A stretch of 64,000 nucleotides of DNA from Oopsacas minuta (Eukaryota > Animalia > Porifera). The stretch covers positions 62,001 through 126,000 of the forward strand of contig JAKMXF010000006.1 of the NCBI GenBank assembly GCA_024704765.1, written 5' to 3'. Under the pieces are notes generated by a model. That model made no database searches and had not been told where the DNA came from. It saw nothing but the letters and a program-made list of their open reading frames with translations. The stretch's first letter is position 1, and every line of letters starts with the position of its first letter. Below are positions 62,320 through 64,000 of this stretch, piece after piece. Made by a program: the position numbers and the translations under genes.

Positions 62320-63800
62320 TATCCTGAGTATTTAGGGGTAGTTTTACATCTGATCTTCGATAGGTTTGATCTTCCTTGCCCTTTATCCCTTTGTCCAAGT
62401 ACCGCTCCAATTCTTGTCCCACAGCGTCTGTTTCTATGTGGAACTCTTGTTCCCAATTTGGAAAGGCTGGCGTCACTGGCTCTTCTAGTAAACACAGTCT
62501 CAATCTGTCGAAGGCATGTTCGCAGGATTGTCTCTATAATCATCTTGTTCCCGTCTTCGTAGGAGCGTAGAGAGGTTCTGCTATCGTCGAGAAATTCCTT
62601 ATGTAGCATCTATAATAGTTTACCATACCTAATTAGCTCTGTAGCTCCTGTGCGTTCTCTAGTCGGGGAAATTTATGAATCCTTTGTGAGTAACTATCCA
62701 ATGGGCCTTTACCCTTTCTAGATATTCAGTGCCCTAGGAACTCAACGCAGTGGTAAGCAATCCCCGCAATTCAACTATTTCTAAGCAACTCAAAGCCTTG
62801 CCAAGATGTACCGAATGCTCCTCCAAGGTTTGAGAGTATACTACGATATCATCCACGTAACTTTCTGTATTGGTTGCGTCCTTCAAGGCTTGGTCCATCA
62901 GCCGCTGGAAGCTGGCTTGGCTATTACAGGTAAAGGACATCACCATCATCTCGAAAGTCGACGTAGTGTGGAATGCTGTTTTTCAATGTCTCGTTCTAGA
63001 ATGGGTACTGTTCAATAGGCGCTCGCGATGTGCAATTTAGAGAAAAAACGGTTCCCTTCGAGTTTATCGAAAATGAACTGTTGGTTAGGTAGCTTATATT
63101 CCTGTCCCTATGATAGGCTATGTGAATGTGGAGATATTCGGACATGACGAACTTAATTAGATACACGCTACGTTATATGACCAGAGATGGACTCCCGAAA
63201 GCTGCCAGACCACGAAGAATACTGCCGAAATGTGAGCCGGTGATAAATCGCCAACTTGGAGAGATGGTTGAAGTGGTTCCACCCATCTGCCGTCGATGTA
63301 ATTCCCCATGGAGTTCAGACGTAGTTCTGGTGAAGAAAAAGGACTGCAGCCTCAGACTTGCAGTGGATTATAGGCATTTGAACGCTGTCACGAAACGTGA
63401 CGATTACTACAGAGTCCGTATACTCTACCAGGTGCTTTCACCATTCTATCAATGAGTTTCGTCTTTCTCGCCTTGTTCATATCTATTACGCACGGATTCG
63501 CACCCGTATCGAGCATGACGGCTAGCTCTTTCACATTTGTCCAGACATGGGCTGTTACGGCGTCCTCTCTAGCTGGCAATGGGTAAACTCGATCTTTCCG
63601 TCTCCAGTTCGATTCTTTTCTGCTGATCCCATGTTCCCATTTTGTGCGACAATTATTCGAAAGATGACTATTCCTCCTGTAAACACCACACTTCTTGTTT
63701 GGGCAATTTCTGACAAGATGCCGTATGGTCACAACCGTAGCACTTGAATTTCAAGCCCTCTCACCCAAATCATATTCTTCTGGCGGGAAGGGTCTCTTTT
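62320..63800 (-). mobile_element. Ty3/Gypsy LTR-retrotransposon relic (gag knuckle, protease, RT, RNase H) with an internal inversion
   Basis: Cys/His knuckle, MLDTGA, SPWSS.VVLVKKKD.SLRL.VDYR.LN (on +), FSKL, FQRLMD, YVDDI, FHIETDA, IGAVLGQ. Confidence 0.9.
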
Positions 63801-63914
63801 TATCTGGACTGTGTTCACGTAATTATCCTCAAAGTCTGATTCTTGAATCTCTGTAAGATAACCTGGCAACTAAGCAGAAAATTTGGAATGTGGATTTGTC
63901 ATTGTTATAATATA

Positions 63915-64000
63915 CTAGTGCGCTTCGCATACTAGCTCGCTGTGCGACAGCTTAGCGCTCAGGTTAGATTAAGTATAAAACAGATAAATTTTTGATGCTT
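63915..64000 (-). mobile_element. Helitron-like family B, 3' terminus (runs off the window)
   Basis: Minus strand AGCTGTCGCACAGCGAGCTAGTATGCGAAGCGCACTAG|T, matching 23473-23510. Confidence 0.55.

Noticed and set aside
1-64000. Reading the window as prokaryotic, or finding a CRISPR array
   Set aside because: Consistent GT-AG introns, metazoan domains and eukaryotic transposons. The repeats are MITE subrepeats with no regular repeat-spacer periodicity.

Overview
AT-rich eukaryotic (animal) DNA with GT-AG introns and dense transposon debris. The gene repertoire and style (SRCR, C-type lectin, FN3, NHL-repeat pseudogene, intronless orphan 7TM) fit a sponge-like basal metazoan, which is an inference. 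Main genes: (1) an intronless, bacterial-type Endo H-like GH18 endo-beta-N-acetylglucosaminidase (8864-9940, -) with a Shine-Dalgarno-like AAAGGAG 10 nt before its ATG and a candidate eukaryotic splice acceptor just upstream; this is the best horizontal-transfer candidate; (2) a divergent intronless actin lacking the Q137 and H73 equivalents; (3) two tandem 4-exon type-B carboxylesterase paralogues, each with different disabling lesions, one possibly bypassed by a newly created in-frame splice acceptor; (4) an 11-kb mosaic extracellular gene built from phase-1 exons (SRCR-CTLD-Ig-SRCR-Ig-CTLD-CTLD-EGF-7xFN3), cut at its 5' end by a hAT transposase remnant and ending at a GT>GG donor-like site; (5) an Arf-like GTPase with Ser in place of the catalytic Gln; (6) a frameshifted 7TM gene. 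Mobile elements include a DD37D (maT) transposon, several hAT MITEs with 8-bp TSDs, long foldback elements, Helitron-like non-autonomous elements, THAP and LINE remnants, and a Ty3/Gypsy relic with an internal ~300-bp inversion. No rRNA, tRNA or CRISPR array was recognised. All assignments come from reading the sequence by eye; no database searches were run.
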